This document shows, in pieces, positions 28,727 through 37,599 of a DNA stretch of 64,000 bases. Numbering within the stretch: the first letter of the stretch is position 1; every line of letters begins with the position of its first letter. The position numbers were made by a program, and so were the translations under genes. The notes under the pieces were generated by a model. That model worked only from the letters and a program-made list of their open reading frames with translations. It searched no databases and was not told the DNA's origin. The stretch spans positions 2,496,001 through 2,560,000 of the forward strand of contig CBDDIJ010000002.1 in the NCBI GenBank assembly GCA_965228855.1, given 5' to 3'. The stretch comes from Candidatus Obscuribacterales bacterium (GTDB lineage Bacteria; Cyanobacteriota; Vampirovibrionia; Obscuribacterales; Obscuribacteraceae).

Positions 28727-29241
28727 TGATGAGTTCTCCTCTTGCGGTCGAAAAAGAAAGCATCAGAAAAGCGAAGCGCTACGAACGAGAAGTTCGACTA
28801 GTTGCCATATCCCTTTGCTCATTGATTTTTCTCAACGCCAATTCTTGCAGTGGTGGTTCCGGTGGACCTGGCGGACCAAGCGGTCCAGGTCCGAGCGGTC
28901 CTACAGGTCCGACTTCGAGCGGTCCAACTGGTCCTACGGGGCCGACTGGCACTTCGTCGACCGGCTCGGCAGGACCTGGTACCGGCGGACCTACTGGTGG
29001 TGCACCTGGTGGCACAGGAAAGGGTTATCCACCTTTGATTACGCCACAAACGGATACCGGTGAGTTAATGGTGCCCGCATCACCCGTAGTGACTGCGATG
29101 CCAACCACATCATCCACCACCAGACCGTTCTACCAGACAAGCGGCACCGCAGTCGATATCCGATTCAGACGGCAAGTTGATGTTACTAATTTGAAGATAA
29201 CGTTTGATGTGGGTTATATCGGCGAAACGACAGCACCTTAG
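28726..29241 (+). CDS. Gly/Pro/Thr-rich protein, possibly the frameshifted C-terminus of the upstream gene
   Basis: TAATG stop/start overlap; hydrophobic stretch then GPS/GPT triplets; ends AVDIRFRRQV. Confidence 0.6.
   Translation: MMSSPLAVEKESIRKAKRYEREVRLVAISLCSLIFLNANSCSGGSGGPGGPSGPGPSGPTGPTSSGPTGPTGPTGTSSTGSAGPGTGGPTGGAPGGTGKGYPPLITPQTDTGELMVPASPVVTAMPTTSSTTRPFYQTSGTAVDIRFRRQVDVTNLKITFDVGYIGETTAP
28852..29020 (+). repeat. Imperfect collagen-like GPx triplet repeats
   Basis: Encodes GGSGGPGGPSGPGPSGPTGPTSSGPTGPTGPTG. Confidence 0.75.
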
Positions 29242-30223
29242 CAAACGCGTATTTTACGGAGTTGACGAAACATTCAACGTCTTCTGGCTTTAGAAACAAT
29301 ACATAGGACGCGATCATCAGGTGCTCGAAGATTGGAAGATTCATCGTCCAGTCTATTCCGAGGTGTAAAAGAACTCCGAGCACCAGAACGTAGTAGCGCA
29401 GTTCCTTGACCCAGATCAGGGTCCAGAGTGCAATTTCAATTGCGAGCGTTGCCCAGGTCGCAATTTGATAACCAAGCATTCTGTCGAAGATGAATGGGAT
29501 GGGAAACTTCGAAAAGTCTTCCATTCGGTTTGCGTAGTACACGGCCGTTCCATTCCACCATGTTTCGCCGTCCATTTTTGCGAGCGTTGACTGAGCGTAT
29601 ACGAGAGCGATTTGAAAGCGCAGAAGGTTTTGAGTCCATGGTCTACAGAGTATGGGCGGCAACGCTTGTGATACATCAATGGTCCTGGGCTCCAGCTCTT
29701 GTCCTTCAGCCAGCGCATCGCGTTCTGCTTCACGGTCAGCGAACCGCGGGCGGTGCCAATTCGCAAACCAACTGTCAATCGAATACATTTTTCCAATCGG
29801 ACCAAACATCATCAAAAATAAACACACACGCATCAAAGTGTGCCCGCTATTGAAGATGAGCAGGTTGCGATGGTGGAACGATGTAACGCAAAGAAAGAGA
29901 ATCAGCGCGCTGAAGTTCGCACGCAAACCCAACGTAAATGTTACGGCAGCGATCATCATGATTACATAGAGTTTCGATACCCAGGCATTGTCAGGCGGCA
30001 ACCAGAATAAAATAGAGAAGCGGTTGCTTGCTTCGAATTGTTCCATGGTTTGAACGGATACGATGCCGTCATAGCCGAACCACGTCTGCAAATCCGGCAA
30101 CCAGAGCAAGCTCGACAATATTAACAGCAAGCCCAACAATATTCGAAAGAGACAAAGCGGAGCCGGAGATTGTGGTTGAAACCACATTCGATACCAGAGC
30201 GTACGTATGTCCTGAAAACTCAT
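29186..30223 (-). CDS. HTTM-domain membrane protein (SdpB / vitamin-K-dependent carboxylase-like)
   Basis: LCLFRILLG, HHRN..NSG, YSIDSW, LRFQIALVY..AKMDGETWWNGTA, LHLGID. Confidence 0.87.
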   Translation of the reverse strand: MSFQDIRTLWYRMWFQPQSPAPLCLFRILLGLLLILSSLLWLPDLQTWFGYDGIVSVQTMEQFEASNRFSILFWLPPDNAWVSKLYVIMMIAAVTFTLGLRANFSALILFLCVTSFHHRNLLIFNSGHTLMRVCLFLMMFGPIGKMYSIDSWFANWHRPRFADREAERDALAEGQELEPRTIDVSQALPPILCRPWTQNLLRFQIALVYAQSTLAKMDGETWWNGTAVYYANRMEDFSKFPIPFIFDRMLGYQIATWATLAIEIALWTLIWVKELRYYVLVLGVLLHLGIDWTMNLPIFEHLMIASYVLFLKPEDVECFVNSVKYAFAKVLSFRRYNPHQTLSSN

Positions 30224-30855
30224 TTTGAATCCTCATGAAGCTTACGTTTCAAATCTTCAGACGAGGTCTGTTTCGAAATCTCCTGCGAAGTCTGTTTCAA
30301 GTCCTCCGGCAGCACTCTGTATAAGTAGAACTGATACTTTTCCAATTGTTCGGGATTTGGCTTGCCGAAACCATCTTCGGGCGGCATTGTCTCCGCGCGC
30401 GTGCGAGTCAGCGCGACTGTCAGCGGATGTTTTGACTTCTCGTCATTCGCTCGTGCAACCCAGCGAGCGAAGTCCGGCCATAATAAGTTGTTGCCATTTA
30501 AACAATCGTTTCCGTACTTGCGCCAATGTTCTTTGCAATAGCGCTCAAACAATCCCAAGTTTTCCATTGCCGGATAATGCCAGATCTTCTCTGTTCCATC
30601 ATCGTATCTAATGGTGGCATAAATTCGGTAATTCTCTTTGCGCGGGTCAGGGGCGAATACCGCAAAGCCCTGCCAAATCCCCGTGTAATAGATCTGTTGC
30701 GTAATCGGTTTTATAAAGAAATCTCTTGTGCGCGACCACGGCAAAACCCACAGTATGACCGACAGGATGTAGAAGATGATAAACAGTGTTATCACCGTCT
30801 TTCTAAACGGGCTATCTATGGGTTTTTCAATGTGTGCTTGCATCCGCGTCGCCAT
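30220..30855 (-). CDS. SdpA/DUF5819-like partner of the HTTM protein
   Basis: N-terminal TM, then GIWQGFAVFAPDP and EHWRKY; 4-nt overlap with the HTTM gene. Confidence 0.7.
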   Translation of the reverse strand: MATRMQAHIEKPIDSPFRKTVITLFIIFYILSVILWVLPWSRTRDFFIKPITQQIYYTGIWQGFAVFAPDPRKENYRIYATIRYDDGTEKIWHYPAMENLGLFERYCKEHWRKYGNDCLNGNNLLWPDFARWVARANDEKSKHPLTVALTRTRAETMPPEDGFGKPNPEQLEKYQFYLYRVLPEDLKQTSQEISKQTSSEDLKRKLHEDSK

Positions 30856-31642
30856 TAGGGTGTTCGCTGCCCGCGTTTACGCTTTGATTACTTGGAACGT
30901 TTGCTCCGCGAGTTTCACTCGTTTCATCTGCTTTCGGCGCTCCGGACCCTGCGCCTGTAATGCGTCTGATCTTCCGAGGCTTCCCGACCTCGTACTCTTG
31001 AAGCGCTTTATCGACCAGAACATCGGCAGGCTTTCTCCACTTCGGCGCGTAAAAGTCGTAAATCATCAGCACGTCCTTAGCTTTTGTATCAACGGCTTGC
31101 AGATATTGGGCACGTAGTTCCTGCTTGGCGATTTCGATAGCATTCGCCTTGGCCTGCTCCAGCGTGCCGCCCTCTCCGTAAAACGTGCGACCGATAACTC
31201 GATGACAGGCTGCGCTTGCGGCTTCGTGGGCATCAACAAAAACGCGTTGGCAAACTTGCACATGACCGTCTTCAAAGTCGGCACGGCGATTTTGAACGGT
31301 TTGCGATAGCCAAACCGTAATCGGCAATTTTAGCGTTACACGCGCCCGCGTGATTGTCGCTCTGACCTGCCATTTGTTTCGCGAGACCTGGTTTTCATCT
31401 GCAATTTCAGCTTCTAGCTCTGGCTCGCAGACGTACTGGTAAACGGTTGTAGACTCTTCTTTTCCGACCTCTGCCGGAGGCAACTTCTTATCGAAGACTT
31501 TCTTCTCGACCGTGGATGCCTCTTTGTTTATTTCGACCGGTGAGGTTTTGAAATATTTTGGCGCGACGGCAACTATTGCGATGATGACCGGGATTCCGAT
31601 AATCATCAGTAGAGTTTCCATCTTGGGTAAGCCTGGTTTCAC
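30827..31642 (-). CDS. Membrane-anchored hypothetical protein with a degenerate DUF922-like metalloprotease motif
   Basis: GTG start with GAGG SD; N-terminal TM; ITVWL...FEDGH where HExxH would be expected; overlaps the next gene. Confidence 0.6.
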   Translation of the reverse strand: MKPGLPKMETLLMIIGIPVIIAIVAVAPKYFKTSPVEINKEASTVEKKVFDKKLPPAEVGKEESTTVYQYVCEPELEAEIADENQVSRNKWQVRATITRARVTLKLPITVWLSQTVQNRRADFEDGHVQVCQRVFVDAHEAASAACHRVIGRTFYGEGGTLEQAKANAIEIAKQELRAQYLQAVDTKAKDVLMIYDFYAPKWRKPADVLVDKALQEYEVGKPRKIRRITGAGSGAPKADETSETRGANVPSNQSVNAGSEHPNGDADASTH

Positions 31643-31703
31643 GTTTCCTCGAGCCTTGAGACCGCATTTACTTTATGCCACGGAATGTAGGCTCAAAATT
31701 CAT

Positions 31704-33779
31704 TTATTTGTTATCGGCGCGGTCTGCGTCGCACACAGACCGCGCGAGCCAATATTCGAGTTTGGCGATCAGTGTGTCTAGTACCACCGGCTTGCTGAGA
31801 TAATCATCCATTCCGGCTTTCAAACAGCGCATCTCGTCACCTGCCATCGCAAGAGCCGTCATCGCTATGATCGGCGTGCGACGCTCCGTCTGCTGCTCGT
31901 ACTCTCGTATCAAGCGCGTTGCCTCGAAGCCGGAAATATCGGGCAAATTGCAGTCCATCAGTATTAGATCAAACTCTTCGCTGCAAACAGCACTGACGGC
32001 TTCTAGCCCAGTCAGCACTCCGAGCGGTTTTAAACCAAGATTCGACAACTGTTTCATCACAAGAGTACGAATGAGCTTATTGTCTTCAACAACCAGAATT
32101 TTTAGATCGGCTGGTAAGCGCGATTGCCAGCGGTTGACCTGGATCGTGCTCGCATCATTGATATCGCGCTCCTTGAGCGGCTCTCGAAGGGGAAGCGAAA
32201 ACCAGAATTCCGAGCCGCGATTGAGTTGCGATGTCAAACCAATCGCTCCATCCATCAGTTCGACTATTTTTTTGCATATGGACAGCCCCAAACCGGTGCC
32301 GCCCGCGTGGCGAATTCGGGCTGATTCCAATTGCAGAAAGGGAACGAAGAGTTTTTTCTGTTCTTCATCAGATAAACCGATACCAGTGTCTTGCACCGAA
32401 AAGCGTACTGACACGACATGATCGTCCGTTTGAATTGCCTGCGCCGTAATCGTAACCTGTCCGCTATCTGTGAACTTGATTGCGTTGTGAACCAGGTTTA
32501 CCAGCAATTGTCGAATCCGAGAGGGGTCGCCCAGAAGGTGCGGCGGCAATAGCTGATCGATGTTTGTGCTGAGCGAGAGCTGCTTTACCCTAGCGCTTTC
32601 AGCGAGACTTTTCGCCACGTCCTGAACCAGGTCGTTGACGGAAAACGGAACCACTTCAAGCGCTAACTTTCCAGCTTCCATTTTTGAAAAATCGAGCAAG
32701 TCGTTAACGATACCCAGCAGGCTTTTGGCCGAGTCATCGATGCCCTTGCTGAAGCCAAGTTGCTCCTCGCTCAAATTCGTGTTGGCGAGTAGCTCGCTCA
32801 TTCCTACAATGCCACTAAGAGGGGTTCGCAGCTCGTGACTGATACTAGCAACGAATGCCGACTTCAGAGCGGATGCCTCGAGTGCGGTATCGCGGGCGGT
32901 GACAAGTTGCTTGGACGTTTCTTCTAAATGTCCGGCTTGAGTCTCGACTGTTTGACCGGAAACATTCAGAAGTTCCTTAACGGCAGCAAGCTCCGAGCGA
33001 AGCCTCATAATTGTGGCGTTTGCGTCAGTGGGCATATTCGCCGGATCTGTGTCGAAAGTGCGTCCTCCATCAAAGCAGACCAGAGCACTTTTGATTGACA
33101 TCGCAAGCGGCCTGAAAAGTTCTTCCGTATTTTGAGGAATTTGTTGCTTTGAGAAGATGATCATTGCGAACAGATTTCCGGAAGGTAGCATCGCACCGCA
33201 TCCAATTACAGACTTGATACCGTAAGTGGTGACGAAGCTTGTTTGGTCTGGAATGAATGGACTGCCGACAGCATCAGAGATGAAGAACAAACCGTATGGT
33301 TGATCTTCTGGTTCCAGCAGGGATGTGTTAGGACTGACAACCGACGGCACGTCAAAGTCGAATTGGCTGAGCAGCTGTGAAACCATAGGCATGCGTCCTA
33401 TTAGCTCCGGGCTTGGCAGCGGTATGACTTGATGATTTGCTGATGTCTCGCGAGCGTTCCAATGTTTTTCTGTCCCGGCAGTCCCAAGCAAAACCATCGC
33501 TTTCATCGCGTCGGTAAACTCGAAGTCGTGGAAGCGACTCTGCGCGAACTGTTTGAGCTCCTCATTCAGTTCCGAGAAATTGTGTGTTTTGAACATTCTG
33601 ACCAAGGCACAGCTTCGCTGCCCATTTGTGGCGTCGATAAAATGTTCGTAGAAGAATCTGGCGGTCCGACGCGCTACCTCTTCCATCGATGTGGCAGATG
33701 TGCCTAAGCCGCGCAACTCTCTCGAGCAGGAGATCATGTCCGACAGGCTAAAATTGCTGAAGTCATACACGTCGGTCAC
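31704..33779 (-). CDS. Hybrid sensor histidine kinase/receiver with a cytoplasmic GAF-like input domain
   Basis: SHELRTPL (H-box), NLVHNAIKFT, DTGIG, GGTGLGLSIC; receiver LVVEDN, ILMDCNLP, DDYLSKP; no TM helix. Confidence 0.93.
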   Translation of the reverse strand: MTDVYDFSNFSLSDMISCSRELRGLGTSATSMEEVARRTARFFYEHFIDATNGQRSCALVRMFKTHNFSELNEELKQFAQSRFHDFEFTDAMKAMVLLGTAGTEKHWNARETSANHQVIPLPSPELIGRMPMVSQLLSQFDFDVPSVVSPNTSLLEPEDQPYGLFFISDAVGSPFIPDQTSFVTTYGIKSVIGCGAMLPSGNLFAMIIFSKQQIPQNTEELFRPLAMSIKSALVCFDGGRTFDTDPANMPTDANATIMRLRSELAAVKELLNVSGQTVETQAGHLEETSKQLVTARDTALEASALKSAFVASISHELRTPLSGIVGMSELLANTNLSEEQLGFSKGIDDSAKSLLGIVNDLLDFSKMEAGKLALEVVPFSVNDLVQDVAKSLAESARVKQLSLSTNIDQLLPPHLLGDPSRIRQLLVNLVHNAIKFTDSGQVTITAQAIQTDDHVVSVRFSVQDTGIGLSDEEQKKLFVPFLQLESARIRHAGGTGLGLSICKKIVELMDGAIGLTSQLNRGSEFWFSLPLREPLKERDINDASTIQVNRWQSRLPADLKILVVEDNKLIRTLVMKQLSNLGLKPLGVLTGLEAVSAVCSEEFDLILMDCNLPDISGFEATRLIREYEQQTERRTPIIAMTALAMAGDEMRCLKAGMDDYLSKPVVLDTLIAKLEYWLARSVCDADRADNK

Positions 33780-33931
33780 CTGTTAATAACAAGCAATTCC
33801 AGGGAATGTCGGTCCTTTATATGTTCCATTTTAGTGACAATGGTAAACGCGAAAAAGCACGCTTGCGGTGCTCGACCGCAACTATTCCTCGACAGCGGTG
33901 TATGTAAAATTTAGGAAGAAGGGCGCCGATT

Positions 33932-34987
33932 ATGAAACGTTCTAAAGTCTGCCAAGAAGCTCACAGAATCAAGCAGTGCACTCTGGCCGTTATGATACTA
34001 ATAGTCGGTGCGATGATTGCGTCGAACGTCCTGGCTGTCCTCGCTCAGGAGGGGGCCACTCAAAAGCTGTCAGGTCCTCAACGCCAGCGTTTGCGGCAAT
34101 TTATTCAACGCCGACGTGCTCAGCGTGACCGCTCCAGTGGCGAGGGCGCGAAGTCCAGTCGCATGGGCGATGGTCGGTTTCAATCTCCAAGCATTGATCC
34201 GGCTAAAGTCGATGCGCGATTTAACATTCCGTATGGTAAGGATGAGCGACAGATGCTCGATCTTTACATTCCAAAGGTGCTTAAAGCACCGGCGCCGATT
34301 CTGGTGTTTGTGCACGGTGGTGGATGGCGCCGCGGAAGCAAGGATTTGCAGAGGTCTAAGGGGGTGAGTTATGCGGAGAATGGTATCGTCACGATTTGCA
34401 CTAATTACCGGCTTGCACCAGATGTGATGCATCCGAAGCAAGTGGAGGATGTTGCGGCAGCCGTCTCCTGGGCAAAACAACACGCCACCGAATATGGTGC
34501 TAATCCTGAACGCATCTTTGTAATGGGGCATTCTGCCGGTGCTCACCTGGTCGATTTGCTGGGAACCAACGACCGGTTCTTGAAGCAATACGGGCTTGGC
34601 TTGGATGACATCAAAGGGGTAATAAGTTTAGACACTGCCAGTCTGAATTTGCTTGAGCGTGGAAAAGAAAACACACTCGAAGGAAATATGGTGGGTGACA
34701 TGATCAAGCAGGCGTTTGGAACTGACCCAGAGGTACTTGCTGATGGCTCGCCGACTTTGAGCGTTAAATCCGGTCACAAATATCCCCCGTTCTTAATGTA
34801 TTGTGGTGAACGCAGAGTGAGCTGCGTCGCGCAACACAAAAGTTTCGAGACTGCCATGAAGAAGACTGATGGTGCCAAGGTCGTCGTCAAACCGGTGCCG
34901 CTCAGTCATGGTGATATCAGCAAACACGCGGGCACGACTTCGACCAGTATGTTCAAAGAAATTCTTGCATTCGTAAAGAACGAGTGA
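33932..34987 (+). CDS. Exported alpha/beta hydrolase (HSL/arylesterase-like)
   Basis: HGGGW oxyanion motif, NYRLAP, GHSAG nucleophile; signal peptide. Confidence 0.9.
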   Translation: MKRSKVCQEAHRIKQCTLAVMILIVGAMIASNVLAVLAQEGATQKLSGPQRQRLRQFIQRRRAQRDRSSGEGAKSSRMGDGRFQSPSIDPAKVDARFNIPYGKDERQMLDLYIPKVLKAPAPILVFVHGGGWRRGSKDLQRSKGVSYAENGIVTICTNYRLAPDVMHPKQVEDVAAAVSWAKQHATEYGANPERIFVMGHSAGAHLVDLLGTNDRFLKQYGLGLDDIKGVISLDTASLNLLERGKENTLEGNMVGDMIKQAFGTDPEVLADGSPTLSVKSGHKYPPFLMYCGERRVSCVAQHKSFETAMKKTDGAKVVVKPVPLSHGDISKHAGTTSTSMFKEILAFVKNE

Positions 34988-35011
34988 AAAAAGCTGCGGT
35001 ATACTTTAGCG

Positions 35012-35458
35012 ATGGAAACAGCGACGAGAACGGTAGTTACGTTCAAAACTTCTAAATTCAATACGACCGAACCGCGCGATTACTTCATTAATCCCGATTG
35101 TTTTGGCGACGACTGCTGCAAGTGGTTTATTTCCGAACTCGAGGCTGATGGTGTTAAATGCGATGCCACTCCCGGCCAAGAAGATTTTGGTTGGTACTTC
35201 AACTTCGAGCATGCTGATAGTCGATATTGCGTGGTTGGCGGTTATCGTCTGGATGATGATATCTGGATGTTTTGGTTGGAGCGGCAGGCCGGTTTCTTTA
35301 GCTCTCTATTCGGCGGTCGCGATAAGGAGATCGCCTTATCCGCTGCCGAGGCGCTTCACCGCGTCCTAAGTCGGAGTTCCGACATCAGAAACGTGCAATG
35401 GCACACGAAGAAAAACTTCGATAAGAACATCGAAGACGCAGGTGCTCCTGCGCCGTAG
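35012..35458 (+). CDS. Hypothetical protein
   Basis: 148-aa ORF with protein-like motifs INPDCFG and QEDFGW; likely leaderless (TATACT 6 nt upstream). Confidence 0.72.
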   Translation: METATRTVVTFKTSKFNTTEPRDYFINPDCFGDDCCKWFISELEADGVKCDATPGQEDFGWYFNFEHADSRYCVVGGYRLDDDIWMFWLERQAGFFSSLFGGRDKEIALSAAEALHRVLSRSSDIRNVQWHTKKNFDKNIEDAGAPAP

Positions 35459-35585
35459 AATGCGATGACCATATCGGACTTGTGCGGCTAATGCCGGAAC
35501 TGCCGGCGGTTTGAAACGTCAAATTCAGCAAAAGTCCGGGGCAATTCGATATGATTGACAATGTTGAGTGATAGGCGAGTTGAGC

Positions 35586-36302
35586 ATGAAACTATCGAAA
35601 GAAGTTTGTCTGTCAATAGTAGTTTGTTCCAGTGCGCTGCAAGCCGCCGTTTTACCGGTCGCCGCCGCGCCCCGGCCCGGTACTTCCGGTCGTACTCAGT
35701 CGCTTCCGCAGCAAGAGTCGAAGTATTTGCAAGATGTCGAGGCTGCCGAGAAGCAGCCGGGTGCTGGCAAAATGAAGTTAGCTGCCGCGCTGACAAAGCT
35801 AGCTGATTTTTATCGCGTAATTGGCAAAGGGGACAAGGCTATTCCTCTGCTTGAGCGAGGTTTGAAAATTGAGCGCGAGAATCACGGACCCTCTCGTGCA
35901 GCCCTGGTAGAGCGGCTCGCATCCGAATTCTATCGGACCAAGCAGTATGCGAAAGCGGAGCCCTTGTTGGTTGAGTGGCTGAATGACTTGGACAAGCAAA
36001 ATCCTCCAGGCAAACAGCGCCCATTCGATCCGGCCATTCGAGTTCTTGTGTACCTCGGTGATACTTCGCTTGCTTTAGCTGATACAGCAAAAGCCGGCAA
36101 GTATCTGGAGCGCGCGCGTTCCATTTCGGAGAAATCAGATTTGAGCGGTGGCTTGACGCCTTACAGCATGGAATTTTTGAAAACCTATATCGACTACTTG
36201 TCGAAATCTGGTCAGAAAGCGGAAATCGCTGAGTGGCAGCAACGCCTGACTACGGCTATAAATCATCGCGAACGGCAATGTCTTGCTTGTGGCAGGGGCT
36301 GA
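35586..36302 (+). CDS. Exported TPR protein
   Basis: Signal peptide; LADFY..KAIPLLERGL and YAKAEPLL TPR units; ends CLACGRG. Confidence 0.8.
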   Translation: MKLSKEVCLSIVVCSSALQAAVLPVAAAPRPGTSGRTQSLPQQESKYLQDVEAAEKQPGAGKMKLAAALTKLADFYRVIGKGDKAIPLLERGLKIERENHGPSRAALVERLASEFYRTKQYAKAEPLLVEWLNDLDKQNPPGKQRPFDPAIRVLVYLGDTSLALADTAKAGKYLERARSISEKSDLSGGLTPYSMEFLKTYIDYLSKSGQKAEIAEWQQRLTTAINHRERQCLACGRG

Positions 36303-36399
36303 GCTGTTTCGCTGCCGAGTATATACCTTTGATCACAGTCGTTGGCCGTGCCTGCCTGGATTTGCTAAATTAGAGCTTTCCAACGGCATACCTTGATCG

Positions 36400-37176
36400 A
36401 TGAAAATCGCCACTTACAACGTAAACGGCATCACTGCTCGTCTTCCTTCATTGCTTCGCTATCTCGAAGAAAAGGCTCCGGATGTTGTCGGTCTGCAGGA
36501 GCTGAAAATAGTCGACGAAAAGTTTCCGGCTTTGCCCATCATTGGCGCCGGATACAACGTAATTTTTCATGGTCAAAAAAGTTGGAATGGCGTGGCAATT
36601 CTGGCTAAAAAGGAACATGAACTATCAGAGGTTGGCAGAGGTCTGCCCGGTGATCCGGAGGACGCCCAGAGCCGATTTATCGAAGGGCGCGTGAATGACA
36701 TTCGCGTTGGCTGTTTATATTTGCCAAACGGAAACCCAATGCCTGGTCCGAAGTTCGATTACAAAATGACCTGGATGGACCGACTCCTGACGAAAGCCGA
36801 AGAACTTGTAAAACTTGATGAGCCGGTAGTTTTGCTTGGCGATTACAATGTGATACCAGAAAACATAGATGCCTATCGACCCGACCGATATGTTTTCGAT
36901 GCCGTTTTCTCACTCGAAGCTAAAGAGGCGTATCAAGAGCTTCTTCAGCAAGGATGGACTGATTCGATTCGTCAGTTGTTTCCGGAAGAGAAGATTTTTA
37001 CATACTGGGATTATTTCCGAAATTCGTTTGCACGTGATGCTGGTATTCGCATGGACCATCTTTTGTTGAATCCTGTGCTCGTAAAGCGTCTGCAGACCGG
37101 AGGCGTCGATCGCGATGTGCGCGGTTGGGAGAAGCCTAGCGATCACGCACCAACTTGGATTACAGTCAACGATTAA
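36400..37176 (+). CDS. xth: Exodeoxyribonuclease III
   Basis: MKIATYNVNG, LQELK, NGVAIL, YLPNG, GDYNV, FTYWDY, GIRMDHLL, SDHAP. Confidence 0.95.
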   Translation: MKIATYNVNGITARLPSLLRYLEEKAPDVVGLQELKIVDEKFPALPIIGAGYNVIFHGQKSWNGVAILAKKEHELSEVGRGLPGDPEDAQSRFIEGRVNDIRVGCLYLPNGNPMPGPKFDYKMTWMDRLLTKAEELVKLDEPVVLLGDYNVIPENIDAYRPDRYVFDAVFSLEAKEAYQELLQQGWTDSIRQLFPEEKIFTYWDYFRNSFARDAGIRMDHLLLNPVLVKRLQTGGVDRDVRGWEKPSDHAPTWITVND

Positions 37177-37223
37177 ATAGCATGCAAGAAACACTCATGA
37201 AGCAGATTGTCAGAGGCACACAA

Positions 37224-37538
37224 ATGTCTGAAGCGTTTAAGAACGTCGATATCAAAATCTGCGCGACCTTAACGAATCATCCAAAATTTGGTGCTTTGCG
37301 CGACAAGATTGCTGACATAGTTTTTCTTTTCTCTAAAGAGGATAATGGTCCTGTGACTCGCGTTGCCATCGAATACAATGTTCGAGAGCTTCTTCGCAAG
37401 TCCGGTTTCGGCGGGATGGTGCGGGTGATTTGTGATGAGAAAAATAATCCTAAGGCAACCCGACAACACAAGTTTGTTTTAGAAATTGTCGATATGGATC
37501 AAAAGACCAGAGAACTCGAAGAGCAAAGTCGCCACTAA
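37224..37538 (+). CDS. Small stand-alone protein resembling the phage tail-sheath C-terminal domain
   Basis: EDNGPVTR..VRELLR and VRVICDEKNNP..KFVLEI match the sheath pattern EPN..TR..V..FL / V.CDETNN.P...F..EI; AGAGG SD before 37224 (ORF open from 37155). Confidence 0.62.
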   Translation: MSEAFKNVDIKICATLTNHPKFGALRDKIADIVFLFSKEDNGPVTRVAIEYNVRELLRKSGFGGMVRVICDEKNNPKATRQHKFVLEIVDMDQKTRELEEQSRH

Positions 37539-37599
37539 CAAATAGTTTTGACAGATCGACATAAGATTCGCTACGATCTTCCGACCTGGGAGATTCAAG

